Source: an uncultured Spirochaetota bacterium
GTDB lineage: Bacteria; Spirochaetota; Spirochaetia; SZUA-6; Fen-1364
Reading direction: 5' to 3'
Assembly (NCBI GenBank): GCA_963820525.1
Contig: CAWGAA010000001.1
Location: 3,139,909-3,203,908, forward strand
Length of the DNA: 64,000 nt
Positions 21,145-31,586 of this stretch are shown here, in pieces (within the stretch, counting starts at the first letter, position 1; each line of letters begins with the position of its first letter). Both the position numbers and the translations under genes were made by a program. Under the pieces are notes generated by a model, which worked only from the letters and a program-made list of their open reading frames with translations, was not told the DNA's origin and searched no databases.

Positions 21145-22302
21145 TCACTTGATCTCCGCGGAAACCACGGTCACGTCGTCCTTGAACGCCACGCCGCCCC
21201 TTTTGGCCCTCACGGCTTCGATAAGGCGTGAGCTGAAGTCGGGGCCGCCGGCGCACCTGCACAGTATACCCTTCAGATCGTCCATTCCAAGAGGCGCCTC
21301 ACCGGCGCCGGATTCGATGAGCCCGTCGGTAATGAATACGATCCTGTCCCCGGCCCGTACGGGCATTTCCATTATTCGGTACTCCACTGCGGGGGCGAAT
21401 CCCAACCCCATGCCCTCGGAGTGGAGCGTGACGGCCTCCCTGCCGCGAATGAGGAAAGCGGGAAGGTGGCCTGCATTCGCGAAAGAGAAGGTTCCGCCAC
21501 CAATATCGATGAGACCCGCCGAGAACGTGATGAGGATATCGGGGGTTCTGCGAAGATCGTGGCCCACGCGGCCGTTGAGCCATTGGAGAAGGCCCTCCGG
21601 CGTGATCGAGGCGGGGTCGGTACGTGAGAGAAAGCCCCCGGAGATGGCGGACTTGAGCATGGCAGTGACGAAAGCGGCTTTTATCCCGTGACCCGAAACG
21701 TCTCCGATCAGGCAGAGGTAGCGGCCCTCGGAAAGCCGCGCGATGTCGTAATAGTCGCCCCCGCATCCGATCTCCTCCAGGGGAAGGTAGGTGACGGAGA
21801 ACGAGATCCGATCTGTCTTGGGGATGTCGACGGAGAGGAGGGTGCGTTGGAGCTCGCCCGCCCACCTCAGCTCCTCGTGCAGCCGCGCGAGGTGGGCGCG
21901 GTTCTCTTCGCGAAGATCGTGGAGGGCGAGGGCCTTCTCCATTTCGCCTTTGAGGTGCTCGGGCTCGCACGGCTTCAGGATGTAGGAGAAGATGCCCGCG
22001 CGAATGGCTTTGCGGATTTCCTCGATGTCGCCGTACCCGCTCAGGAGGATCGTGACGATTCCGGGATAGAGATCCCTGACCCGAAGGAGGAAATCGCTTC
22101 CCATCATCCCCGGCATCCGCATGTCGGAGACGACGAGATCCACGGAAGCGTGGTCCGTCTCGAGGAGCTTCAGCGCGTCGAGGGCCGACCGCGCCGTGAG
22201 GATCGACGTGCCACGGCTCTCCGCCCAGGGCTCGAGGCCCATGGAGAAGCTGTCGAGCACCATAGAATCGTCGTCCACGAGAAGGATTTTTCGCCGTTCC
22301 AT
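21145..22302 (-). CDS. REC + PP2C (SpoIIE/RsbU-like) serine phosphatase
   Basis: REC followed by GGDYYD, GDVSGHG, NAGH, TDGLIE and DDVT motifs. Confidence 0.92.
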   Translation of the reverse strand: MERRKILLVDDDSMVLDSFSMGLEPWAESRGTSILTARSALDALKLLETDHASVDLVVSDMRMPGMMGSDFLLRVRDLYPGIVTILLSGYGDIEEIRKAIRAGIFSYILKPCEPEHLKGEMEKALALHDLREENRAHLARLHEELRWAGELQRTLLSVDIPKTDRISFSVTYLPLEEIGCGGDYYDIARLSEGRYLCLIGDVSGHGIKAAFVTAMLKSAISGGFLSRTDPASITPEGLLQWLNGRVGHDLRRTPDILITFSAGLIDIGGGTFSFANAGHLPAFLIRGREAVTLHSEGMGLGFAPAVEYRIMEMPVRAGDRIVFITDGLIESGAGEAPLGMDDLKGILCRCAGGPDFSSRLIEAVRAKRGGVAFKDDVTVVSAEIK

Positions 22303-22379
22303 GCGTGATCGATCCGCCTTACAGACGCCATTGTACACCACCCTTGTTGCGGGGTACAGAAGGATGTATGATGCGCTCC

Positions 22380-22886
22380 ATGCAAGATGTCGAATCGTAT
22401 TTTACAAAGATCAACGATCCAGGCAAGGGTCTCACCGTCTCCGGCGGCGCGCGCGAAGGGGATGAACACACGCTTATCCTCGCGCTTATCGGGTACATCG
22501 AGACCCAGAGCGCGCCCCTGTTTCAGGACGGGATGCTCGCGCTGATGGAGAAATGCCCCGACATAACGGCCATAGTGGTCGATATGACCGGCCTTACCTA
22601 TCTTTCTTCGATGGGAATCGGCGCGCTTCTCACCGTGCAGAACAAAGCCACGGAGAGCGGACGCCGCCTCCTTCTCCATGGGGCATCCGAGAAGGTATGG
22701 AGCGTTATCTCCCAGCTCGGTTTCGGGGACACTTTCGAGCGCATAGGGAATCTGGATGAGCTTTCAGACGGCTTTCCCATGAACGTTTCCTGCCCTCAAT
22801 GCGGGAAAAAGCTTCGCGCATCCAAGCCGGGAACCTACAGGTGCCCGGCTTGCAAGGCTCAATTAAGCGTGGAGGCGCGCCGCTGA
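22380..22886 (+). CDS. STAS-domain anti-sigma factor antagonist with C-terminal zinc ribbon
   Basis: VDMTGLTYLSSMGIG STAS phospho-Ser motif; C-terminal CPQC-x13-CPAC. Confidence 0.85.
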   Translation: MQDVESYFTKINDPGKGLTVSGGAREGDEHTLILALIGYIETQSAPLFQDGMLALMEKCPDITAIVVDMTGLTYLSSMGIGALLTVQNKATESGRRLLLHGASEKVWSVISQLGFGDTFERIGNLDELSDGFPMNVSCPQCGKKLRASKPGTYRCPACKAQLSVEARR

Positions 22887-22935
22887 AGGGCGTCGGGCCC
22901 GTTCGCCATATTCCGCGGCAGAGCCGATGCGCCTC

Positions 22936-24471
22936 CTAGTGCGTACCGGAGAGCTTTCTGGCAACCACTTTACCGCTTTTCTTGTCCAGCGAGAAAACCA
23001 CGTGACTCAGCGGCCGTTCCACGACATAGGGAATGTTGCAGATCTCTATATAGGTGCCGGGGTGGATCGTGTTGAAAACCACGATTTCGGCCGCTTCATT
23101 CCTGTCGAGGCCCATGACCAGAACGCGCGATGCGTCGTTGAGCTTGCGGATCGCCGCCCTGAGTTTCTCCCTGAATTCCGCGAGCTTCGCGTCCGCATCC
23201 TTGCCCGCCGAGATACGGCGATCCACCTCCTTCATCTTCAGGGCGAGGGCGATGCTTTTATCTCGGATCCACACGAGCTTCTGGCTCACCGTGTAATCTA
23301 TCCCGCACCTCACCTCGGTGTGGGTGCCCGCGGCCGCCCCCAATTGGCCCACGGAGATCCCGTTCTGCGTGACGATGCCGCCTCCCACGATCATGCCGTT
23401 CGTCCCCGCATCCACCTTGTCCAGGGTGTGCACGAGCGAGTTCAGGCACCCCGTGGAGACGGAGATCGTCTTATTCGCCTCGACGTAGCAATTCTCTATG
23501 AAACGCGCCCTGATGCCGCCGGCGGCCTTTACTGTCCCCGAGCCCCGGCCGAGGATGCCCTGGTTCGTGACGAGGTCTCCTCCGCAGACCACCTCGGTGG
23601 CGTCGATGACCCTATTGCAATAAAGCGACCCGCCCACCTTGAGCTTGAACCCGCGCTTGACTTCCCCGACGATCATTACGTCGCCCGGAAAGTCGATATG
23701 CCCGGTGGAGTAGTCGACGTCTCCCGAGACGTTGAGGACCTCGGTGACGGAAAACGAATCGGGGGAGGACATAAAACGGCCGTTGCACGTCGCGAGGACC
23801 GTATTTCCGGCGATTTCAGTATTCTTGCCGGGTCGGGGGCTTTTCACGCCTTTTTTGCCGAAGTGGACCGCCGCTCCTTTGACGTCCATTCCGAAAACTC
23901 CCGCTTCTTTGGCGACGATCCGAGCCAGGACGTCTCCCTCCTTGACGAGCTGGAAAGGGCTTTGGGCCTTATAATCTATCGTTTCTTCCCGACCCGTTGC
24001 CGGCGGGGCTTCCTGCCGGAGGGACTCTTCAACGAGAATGTGCGCCGGCACTTCATCCTGCGCGGGTATGCCCCGCGCGATAATCGCGTCCGCCACAACC
24101 ACACGCTCGCCGTTGCAGCGCAGGATGTAGTCCTTCACGGCCTCCCAATCCACGCCGTGCATGATGCCCTTGGACCGTAACGCTTCTTCCACGGCATCGA
24201 GGGAAAGGGGCGCGCCATCGCCTTTCGGTGGACGGAAATCCGCGCGGGCTTCCATGGCGTCGTTGGAGATCCGAACGTCCATGCGGCCGTCCTCCGATAG
24301 AAGATCATGGGAATCAAGCGCCCGAAGCTCCTTTTGCGCGGAATCGATGTCGAGCGCCGGCCCAAGGGGCGTCGCCTCTTTCATTCCTCTATCGAGCCGC
24401 TCCACCTCCTCGAATATCCCTTCGACCCCCTTCATGAGGTCCGTGATGAAGGGATCGCCGTCCTTGCCCAT
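22936..24471 (-). CDS. FapA family (DUF342) protein
   Basis: VKEGDVLARIV, G.DVKG, GKNT and DVDYSTGHIDFPGDV motifs; beta-helix repeats and a C-terminal coiled coil. Confidence 0.88.
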   Translation of the reverse strand: MGKDGDPFITDLMKGVEGIFEEVERLDRGMKEATPLGPALDIDSAQKELRALDSHDLLSEDGRMDVRISNDAMEARADFRPPKGDGAPLSLDAVEEALRSKGIMHGVDWEAVKDYILRCNGERVVVADAIIARGIPAQDEVPAHILVEESLRQEAPPATGREETIDYKAQSPFQLVKEGDVLARIVAKEAGVFGMDVKGAAVHFGKKGVKSPRPGKNTEIAGNTVLATCNGRFMSSPDSFSVTEVLNVSGDVDYSTGHIDFPGDVMIVGEVKRGFKLKVGGSLYCNRVIDATEVVCGGDLVTNQGILGRGSGTVKAAGGIRARFIENCYVEANKTISVSTGCLNSLVHTLDKVDAGTNGMIVGGGIVTQNGISVGQLGAAAGTHTEVRCGIDYTVSQKLVWIRDKSIALALKMKEVDRRISAGKDADAKLAEFREKLRAAIRKLNDASRVLVMGLDRNEAAEIVVFNTIHPGTYIEICNIPYVVERPLSHVVFSLDKKSGKVVARKLSGTH

Positions 24472-24477
24472 TCCCGG

Positions 24478-24855
24478 TCAATCCTTGAGATAGTCGAGTA
24501 TCTTCGCGATCTCGAAAGGCTTCTTCAAAAGACCCACCGCCCCCGCTTTCAGGGCGCGGACGGCGAGCGGGTCGTTTGGAAATGCGGTGATGATAAGCAA
24601 CCGCGTTCCCGGTTTGCTCTTGAGCAGCTCTTCCGTTATGTCGGCCCCGTTTTTTCCCGGCATGCGCACGTCGACTATGACGAGATCGTAGGAGTTCTTG
24701 AGCGCGTCGGCCAATCCCGCGCTCGAATCCGAATGTACGGTGACCTCATAGCCCATCTCGCCGAAGATGATCTTGATGGAGTCGAGAATCATCGTCTCAT
24801 CGTCAATGACAAGTATCTTCTTTTTCAACTCGCGGACCTCCTTCCCTATCGCCAC
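24478..24855 (-). CDS. Single-domain response regulator
   Basis: ILVIDDE, DLVIVDVRMPGKNG and LKKPF motifs. Confidence 0.9.
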   Translation of the reverse strand: MAIGKEVRELKKKILVIDDETMILDSIKIIFGEMGYEVTVHSDSSAGLADALKNSYDLVIVDVRMPGKNGADITEELLKSKPGTRLLIITAFPNDPLAVRALKAGAVGLLKKPFEIAKILDYLKD

Positions 24856-26748
24856 CCGTCCAATATTTCCCGCACCTTGGCCGCCAGTTCCAGGGGAGAA
24901 AACGGCTTTCGCAGAAAGTCGGAGTTGCCGCCGTCCACCCCTTTACTCTTTAAGACGTCGTCCGCGTACCCGCTAATAAAGAGCCTTCTCAGGCTCGGAT
25001 TCTGCGTGCGCATCTCCTCGAACATGCGCATGCCGCCGCGTTTGGGCATGATAATGTCGAGGATGGCCAGGGAAATCGCCTCACGATTCTCATTAAATAG
25101 CTTGAGGGCCTCCTCGCCGTCCGCGGCCGAGATGACGGTATAGCCGAAACCTTCCAGTACCGCGCGGGCCATGTCCCTCACCGTATCGTCGTCCTCCACG
25201 ACGAGAATCGTCTCCGTTCCTCCGACACCGGCGGCTTCTTTCCCAGCGACCTCCGTTTCCGCGCCCGCTTTCATCAGGGGAAGCGCGATCGTGAACGTGG
25301 TCCCCTTTCCCACTGCGCTTTCCACCGATATGCGGCCTCCATGTTGCTCGATAATGCTCCAGACCACGGAGAGCCCGAGCCCGGTTCCCTTGCCGATCTC
25401 CTTGGTCGTGAAGAAAGGCTCGAAAATACGCTTTCGCGTTTCCTCCTCTATCCCGACACCCGTGTCGGAGAACGAGAGATAGCCGAAGGGGCGTGCGGTG
25501 CCTGGCTCGTCCGCCGAGGTGCGGACCGTGATGACCCCGCCATGGGGCATCGCGTCCCGCGCGTTGGTGGAAAGGTTGAGCAGGATCTGCTCGATCTGCA
25601 CCGTGTCGGCGAATACGGGAAGCGCGTGAGGGCAGGGCTCGAGGCGTATCTCGATCTCTTCTCCGATGACCCTGCTCATGAACTCCCGGTTGCCGGAGAT
25701 GAGCGAATTCAGATCCACGGGGCGCGGATTGAAGGGCTGCCGCCTGCCGAACGTCAACAGGCCCTGCGTGAGCTCGGCGGCGCGTTGGGCGGCGGACATG
25801 ATCCGGGAAACGAAAGGACGAAGCGCGTCATCGGCGGGCAGACGCGACAGCAGGACGCTGCAGTACCCCATGATACCCGTGAGGATATTGTTGAAGTCGT
25901 GGGCGATCCCGCCGGCGAGCTGGCCCACGGCCTCCATTTTCTGGGCCTGGGCGAGAAACTCCTCCGCGCGATGAGCCTCTTCTTCCGCGCGGAGCCGCTC
26001 CGTGATGTCGTTCATTACGTGCACGTGGCCCGTGAGACGCCCCGTCGCATCGGTCACCGGCTCCACCTGCACTTCGAAGGTGCGTCCGCCGATCCGCGCC
26101 GTGCCGATCCCCCCTTCCCGCGCGGCCGCGGCGCTCTGCGAGCCGCTGGAATCCCGGAATTGGTCGATATCTCGCAGGATCTTGTCGTGATAGACGCCGA
26201 CGATCTCCAGGAAAGGCTTGCCTGAAAGCCGCTGGAATGCCTTATTGCATCGGACTATCTTTTCCGCCGTGTCTACAAGGCAAATGGGCGAGCGGACGGT
26301 GTCGACCGCCGTGCGCCATTCGTTGGCGACCGTCTGGACGGCTCTTTCGATCCTCCGATGCTCCGAACGCGCCTTCGCTTCCTTGAGCTCACGCTCGATC
26401 GCGGCGCTGAGCCGCTCCATGTGGCCTTTATAGACGATGTCGTGGGCCCCGGCCTTGATGGACCTCAATAGCGCGTTCCTCTCCCATGGGCTCGGAAACG
26501 AAAATCAGGGGGATGTCCAGGCCCGCCTCATGCATCCGGCGGATTGCCGCGAGAGGGTCGAAACGTGAAAGACCGGAGCAGATAAACGCGGCATCGACAG
26601 CGCCCTCATCAATACTATTGGAAAGCTCCTCCGGTGTCCACACGCACCTGGCGCTTGGATTGAAACCCGCCTCCGAGAGAGCCCGAATAATAATGTCCGC
26701 ATCCTGCTCGGTGTCGCTTACGATGATCAACTTTAACGAATCACCCAT
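24846..26748 (-). CDS. Hybrid histidine kinase (degenerate REC-PAS-HisKA-HATPase-REC) split by a +1 frameshift near 26461
   Basis: ORFs 26428..26796 and 24846..26468 join as ...[19 protein letters not shown] if one base is removed from GAGGTCCATC. H-box GGIAHDFNN present. Confidence 0.85.
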
Positions 26749-26872
26749 TCTCATTCCCTCATTCCGGTATTCCTGGTCGCGGCCGCTACACTTCACGTCT
26801 CCCTTCCGACAGGATAATGGAAAATACGATGTTTCGCCAGAGCGTGGAATCGAGGGCTCTTGAAGAAGACCC

Positions 26873-27607
26873 TCACCTCTTCTTCAGCGCCGTGCCCCCC
26901 AGGTATGCCTCCTGGATTCTCGGATCCGACTTCAGCTCATCCGAGGCGCCCTCCACGGTGATTCGCCCGGTCTCCAGCACGTAGCCGCGGCCCGCCAGGG
27001 CGAGCGCCTGATGGGCGTTCTGCTCCACAAGGAGTATCGCAATGCCCTGCCGGTTTATCTGCTGGATGATCTGGAATATCAGGTCGACAAGGATCGGGGC
27101 GAGCCCGAGGGAAGGCTCGTCCAGAAGAAGGACACGCGGGGTGCTCATGAGCGCGCGGCCGATGGCCAGCATCTGCTGCTCTCCGCCGGAAAGAGTTCCG
27201 GCCAGCTGCCGCCTTCTGTCCTTGAGCAGGGGGAAAAGCTCAAAGACACGCTCGCGCGCGGCCTTCACATCGTCCCGCCGTTTGCGCCGGGTGAAAGCTC
27301 CCAGGTTGAGGTTCTCTTCCGCCGTAAGGGTTGAAAAGACTTTCCGGCCCTCGGGGGCATGGGAGATGCCTCGAACCACGATATCGTAGGCGGGAACGCG
27401 CAGGAGCGACTCGTTGTCCAGACGGATCTCTCCGGCATGCGCAGGGAGAAGCCCCGAGATTGCCCGAAGCAGCGTGCTCTTTCCCGCGCCGTTGGCTCCG
27501 AGCACCGTGACGATCTCGCCCTCCTCCAGGTGGAGGCTCACTCCCTTGAGGGCTTCCAGGGCGCCGTAGCGGATATGAAGATCGTCGACGCTCAAGATCC
27601 GCGCCAC
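26873..27607 (-). CDS. livF: Branched-chain amino acid ABC transporter ATPase
   Basis: GANGAGKST, LSGGEQQMLA, LLDEPSLGLAP and VEQN motifs. Confidence 0.92.
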   Translation of the reverse strand: MARILSVDDLHIRYGALEALKGVSLHLEEGEIVTVLGANGAGKSTLLRAISGLLPAHAGEIRLDNESLLRVPAYDIVVRGISHAPEGRKVFSTLTAEENLNLGAFTRRKRRDDVKAARERVFELFPLLKDRRRQLAGTLSGGEQQMLAIGRALMSTPRVLLLDEPSLGLAPILVDLIFQIIQQINRQGIAILLVEQNAHQALALAGRGYVLETGRITVEGASDELKSDPRIQEAYLGGTALKKR

Positions 27608-27609
27608 GG

Positions 27610-28404
27610 CTAGCTTCCCTTCCCCAGATATGCTTCTATCACTTTCGGGTCCCTGTAGATTTTTTCCGGCAGCCCCTCGGAGATCTTTTTCCCCCCGTCC
27701 ATGACGGTGACCCAGTCCGAGATGCCCATCACCACGTTCATATCGTGCTCGATCAGGAGCACGGTGAGCTTTTCTTCCCGGATGATGCGGCGGATGAACT
27801 CCATCAGGTCCTCGGTCTCCCGCGGGTTCATTCCGCTGGAGGGCTCATCCAGCACCAGAAGGCGAGGCGAGGTGGCGAGGGCGCGCGCAATCTCGAGCAT
27901 CCGCTGCCGGCCGTAGGCGATGTTTCGGGCAAGCTCGTCGTGGGAATCCCACAGCCCCACGAGCTTCAGCCTCTCTTCTGCGATCCGGCGGATTTCCTTC
28001 TCTTCCTCCCGCTGCGCTTTGGGGCGGAAGATTGCCGCGGCGAGCCCGGCCGATGCCCTGCAGTGCCGCCCGGCCATCACGTTCTCGAGGCAGGTGAGAT
28101 TGGGGAATAGACGGATGTTCTGAAAGGTCCGGGCAATGCCGCGCCTGACGATCCTGTGCGGCTTCTCGCCGGTGATATCCTGGCCCTGGAAGATCACGCG
28201 CCCCCGCTCCGGGGTGTAGATCCCCGTGGCAACGTTGAACACGGTTGTCTTTCCCGCGCCGTTGGGGCCGATGAGGCTTGAGATCTCCCCGCGGTGCACC
28301 TTCAGGTCCAGCGTGCTCACCGCGGTGAGGCCGCCGAAGCTCTTGCTCAGGTCCATTGTCTCGAGGACGACTTCGCGGCGCGTCTCGTCGCGGGGCTCAG
28401 CCAT
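27610..28404 (-). CDS. livG: Branched-chain amino acid ABC transporter ATPase
   Basis: GPNGAGKTT, RTFQNIRLF, LLIEHDM and VIEAYLG motifs. Confidence 0.92.
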   Translation of the reverse strand: MAEPRDETRREVVLETMDLSKSFGGLTAVSTLDLKVHRGEISSLIGPNGAGKTTVFNVATGIYTPERGRVIFQGQDITGEKPHRIVRRGIARTFQNIRLFPNLTCLENVMAGRHCRASAGLAAAIFRPKAQREEEKEIRRIAEERLKLVGLWDSHDELARNIAYGRQRMLEIARALATSPRLLVLDEPSSGMNPRETEDLMEFIRRIIREEKLTVLLIEHDMNVVMGISDWVTVMDGGKKISEGLPEKIYRDPKVIEAYLGKGS

Positions 28405-29377
28405 TGCGCCTCCACAGCTTCATGACCAGGTCGCGGGCCTCGGTGCCGCCGCGCCTCCGGGGCCAGATCCCGCCGGGGCGGAACATCATCATCAGGATCA
28501 TGGCCAGGCCGAACACCAGCATCCTGTACACGGCAAAGGATCGGAAGATTTCAGGCACGAAGGTGATCACCGCCGCGCCGATGATCACGCCGGGAAGCGA
28601 CCCCATCCCGCCCATGAGGACGATGCTGAACATGAGGCACGACTCCCAGAAGGTGAAGCTCTCCGGGGAGACAACCAGGAGCTTGGTGGCGTAGAGGTTT
28701 CCCGCCACGCCGGCAATCACTGCGCCCAGGATGAAGGCCAGAAGCTTGTAGAAGCGCACGTCTATTCCCGTTGCCTGGGCCGCAACCTCGTCCTCACGGA
28801 TGCAGTTCCAGGCCCGCCCAATGCGCGAGCCCTGGAGCCGGCGAAGCGCTATGACCGTGATTCCCACGATGATCCAGACCAGGAAGTAATACTTCACGGA
28901 TGAGTCCACGATGAAGAAGCCCAGAGTCGGAGGAGCAATCCCGTACACTCCATTGGGGCCGCCGGTCAGATCCAGGGGATTGTTGATCAGCGCCAGGCGG
29001 ACGATCTCCCCCATGCCGATGGTGACGATGCAGAGGTAGTCTCCCCTCAGGTGGATGATGGGCGATGTGACGAGGAACGCGAAAACGCCTGCCGCAAGCG
29101 CGCTCACGGGAAGGAGAATCAGCACCGGGATGCCGAAGTGCGTGTTGAGGATTGCCGTGGTGTAGGCTCCGATGGCATAGAACCCGGCGTGGCCCAGGTC
29201 ATAGAGTCCCACCTCGCCCAGCACGATGTTCAGGCTCAGGCCCAGCAGGGCATAGATGCCGAAGAAGAAGCCCACGTCCGCGAAGTAGTCGCCAACGACA
29301 AAGGGATATACGGCGAAAAGGACGAGGGAGACCGGCAGCGCCGCCCGCTTGAGGTTCTGGATGCCTCGGCCCGCCAT
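28397..29377 (-). CDS. livM: Branched-chain amino acid ABC transporter permease
   Basis: LRGDYLCIVTIG, TGGPNG and IREDEVAA motifs; hydrophobic. Confidence 0.92.
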   Translation of the reverse strand: MAGRGIQNLKRAALPVSLVLFAVYPFVVGDYFADVGFFFGIYALLGLSLNIVLGEVGLYDLGHAGFYAIGAYTTAILNTHFGIPVLILLPVSALAAGVFAFLVTSPIIHLRGDYLCIVTIGMGEIVRLALINNPLDLTGGPNGVYGIAPPTLGFFIVDSSVKYYFLVWIIVGITVIALRRLQGSRIGRAWNCIREDEVAAQATGIDVRFYKLLAFILGAVIAGVAGNLYATKLLVVSPESFTFWESCLMFSIVLMGGMGSLPGVIIGAAVITFVPEIFRSFAVYRMLVFGLAMILMMMFRPGGIWPRRRGGTEARDLVMKLWRRNG

Positions 29378-29381
29378 GCGC

Positions 29382-30293
29382 CTAGACTTTCTCGGCGATC
29401 TTCTCGCCGAACAGCCCGTTCGGCCGGAAGATCAGGACCAGGATCAGGATGAGGAAGACGAACACGTCCTTCCATGCCGTGGAAATGTAGACGCTCCCCA
29501 ACATCTCGAGCACACCGAGGATCAGGCCGCCGAACATGGCGCCGGGAAGGTTGCCGATCCCCCCCAGGATGGTTGCCGTGAAGGCCTTCAGGCCGTAGCT
29601 CCAGCCCATGGTGAAGGAGATCTGGCGGTAGTACATCCCCACCATGACGCCGGTGAGCGCGCCCAGCGCAGGCCCCAGGGTGAAGATGAAGCGGATCACC
29701 TTCTTGAAGTTGATCCCCATGAGGGCGGCCGTGTCGCGGTCAAGAGCGGTGGCGCGCACCGCGGCCCCCCATGTGGTCTTTTGGATCACGAAGTACAGCA
29801 CGGCCATGAGCGTGAAGGACACGGCCAGGATGACGATCTGCAGTGCCGTGAGGTTGAGGCTCCCGATGTGGAGGCGGATGTTGGGGATGAGCTTCGCCGG
29901 GTAGGCCTGATAGCGGGGGCCCCATACGATCATGATGAGGTTCTGCAAAATAATGGAAGCTCCCAGCGCCGAGACCACGGCGGGAAGGCGCCCCGCCGGA
30001 TAGATGGGCCGGTAGGCCACCCGTTCGACTATGACACCTACCACGGCAAGCGACAGGGCGGCGGCGAGCACAGTGACCGCCAGGCCGCCCCACAGTCCGA
30101 GATGCGCCGTAAGGAAGGCAGAGCCCATGACGAGGAGGGTATAGCCGATATAGGAGCCCACGGCGAAGAAATCGCCGTGGGCGAAGTTGATCAGCTTCAG
30201 CACGCCGTACACCATGGAGTAGCCCAGGGCGATCAGCCCGTAGAACGAGCCGATCGTCAGGCCGTTGATCAACTGCTCGAGAAACACCCTCAT
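29382..30293 (-). CDS. livH: Branched-chain amino acid ABC transporter permease
   Basis: EQLINGLTIGSFYGLIALGYSMVYG, NFAHG and GGIGNLPGA motifs. Confidence 0.93.
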   Translation of the reverse strand: MRVFLEQLINGLTIGSFYGLIALGYSMVYGVLKLINFAHGDFFAVGSYIGYTLLVMGSAFLTAHLGLWGGLAVTVLAAALSLAVVGVIVERVAYRPIYPAGRLPAVVSALGASIILQNLIMIVWGPRYQAYPAKLIPNIRLHIGSLNLTALQIVILAVSFTLMAVLYFVIQKTTWGAAVRATALDRDTAALMGINFKKVIRFIFTLGPALGALTGVMVGMYYRQISFTMGWSYGLKAFTATILGGIGNLPGAMFGGLILGVLEMLGSVYISTAWKDVFVFLILILVLIFRPNGLFGEKIAEKV

Positions 30294-30302
30294 GACGCGG
30301 CG

Positions 30303-31451
30303 CTACTTTGAGATGACGATATTTCCCTGGTCGTCCACCACGTAGAGGTAGAAGGGGACTCCCTCCCGGTCTCCCTTGTCTGTGAAGCCGATCTTGCCGG
30401 TGATGCCCGGCACGCCGTTCACCTTGGTGCGCAGGTAGTTGGCAAGAACGGTGCCGTCCACGGAGCCGGTCTTGTTCACGGTGTAGGCGATGATGTTCAC
30501 CGCGTCTGCCGCGTACACGGGCCAGGGGCTGGAGGGGATATCGCCGAACTTGGCCTTGTAGGCGGCAAGGAACTCGTCGGCCTCGGCCGTTGGAAGGTCG
30601 GCAGGCAGGGGCTCGTTGGTCATGTAGCAGCCCTTGGCGATGTCGATTCCGGCGATCTTCACGAACTCGTCATTGATCGCCGCGTTTCCCCCGACAAAGG
30701 GGCAGGTGACGCCGATCTCCCTGGCCTGGGTGACCAGAAGCGCCGCCTCGGCGTAGTAGCCGGTGTAGTACCACAGGTCAGGCTGGGTCTCGCGCATCTT
30801 GGTCAGGGGAACGTGGAAGTCCTTCTCGCCGGGGACGATGGCGTCGTAGTAGACGATCTGGACCTTGCCGGCATCGACCTGGGGCTTCAAGGCATCGCGG
30901 GTGTTCTCCGCCAGGCCTTTTCCGAAGGCGGTGTTGTCGTGCATGATGGCGATCTTCTTCGCGCCGAACCTCTTGGGAACTGCATCGGCAAAGAACAGCC
31001 CCTGGGAGTCGTCGCGTCCGCAGGTGCGGAAGAAGTACTTCAGGCCGCGTTCGGTGAGGCGAACCGCGGTGGAGCCGTAGGCGATGTTCACCATCCTGGC
31101 CTTCTCGTAGATGTTGGAGGCGGGCTCGCAGATGGAAGAGCCGTAGGTCGAGACGGATGCGACAACGCCCTTGTGGCTGACGATCTTGGTGGCCGCCAGC
31201 GCGCCGGTCTGCGGCTGCCCTGCGTCGTCCTCCACGACGATCTGGATCTTTCGGCCGCCCAGGATGCCGCCCTTCTGATTGATCAGGTCCGCCGCGATTT
31301 CGCAGGACTGCTTGGCCATCTGGCCCTCATACGCCCACGCGCCGGTGATGGGCCCCTGGAGACCGATCAGGACCGGCGGTTTGTCGGCCGCGAACCCCGA
31401 GAGGGCGCCGATCAGAACGAGCACGATCGAGAGCACCACGAGTCTTTTCAA
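30303..31451 (-). CDS. Branched-chain amino acid ABC transporter substrate-binding protein (LivK/LivJ family)
   Basis: Signal peptide, GPITGAWAYEG and FFRTCGRDDSQG motifs. TTG start at 31451 with AGGAGG RBS. Confidence 0.9.
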   Translation of the reverse strand: MKRLVVLSIVLVLIGALSGFAADKPPVLIGLQGPITGAWAYEGQMAKQSCEIAADLINQKGGILGGRKIQIVVEDDAGQPQTGALAATKIVSHKGVVASVSTYGSSICEPASNIYEKARMVNIAYGSTAVRLTERGLKYFFRTCGRDDSQGLFFADAVPKRFGAKKIAIMHDNTAFGKGLAENTRDALKPQVDAGKVQIVYYDAIVPGEKDFHVPLTKMRETQPDLWYYTGYYAEAALLVTQAREIGVTCPFVGGNAAINDEFVKIAGIDIAKGCYMTNEPLPADLPTAEADEFLAAYKAKFGDIPSSPWPVYAADAVNIIAYTVNKTGSVDGTVLANYLRTKVNGVPGITGKIGFTDKGDREGVPFYLYVVDDQGNIVISK

Positions 31452-31491
31452 TGGTTTCCTCCTTTTTTGGGCGATTCTGTGAATCCGAGAC

Positions 31492-31520
31492 TTTATAGTC
31501 CCGGGGATACGTGGTGTCAA
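31492..31520 (-). promoter_or_regulatory. Sigma70-type promoter of the liv operon
   Basis: Minus strand TTGACA (31515-31520), 17-bp spacer, TATAAA (31492-31497). Confidence 0.6.
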
Positions 31521-31586
31521 GGAAGGGTATTCCCTTGAGCCGGGGCGGCCGGCCGTCACCATGGGCGCCGCCGGGCTGAAGCCGGT

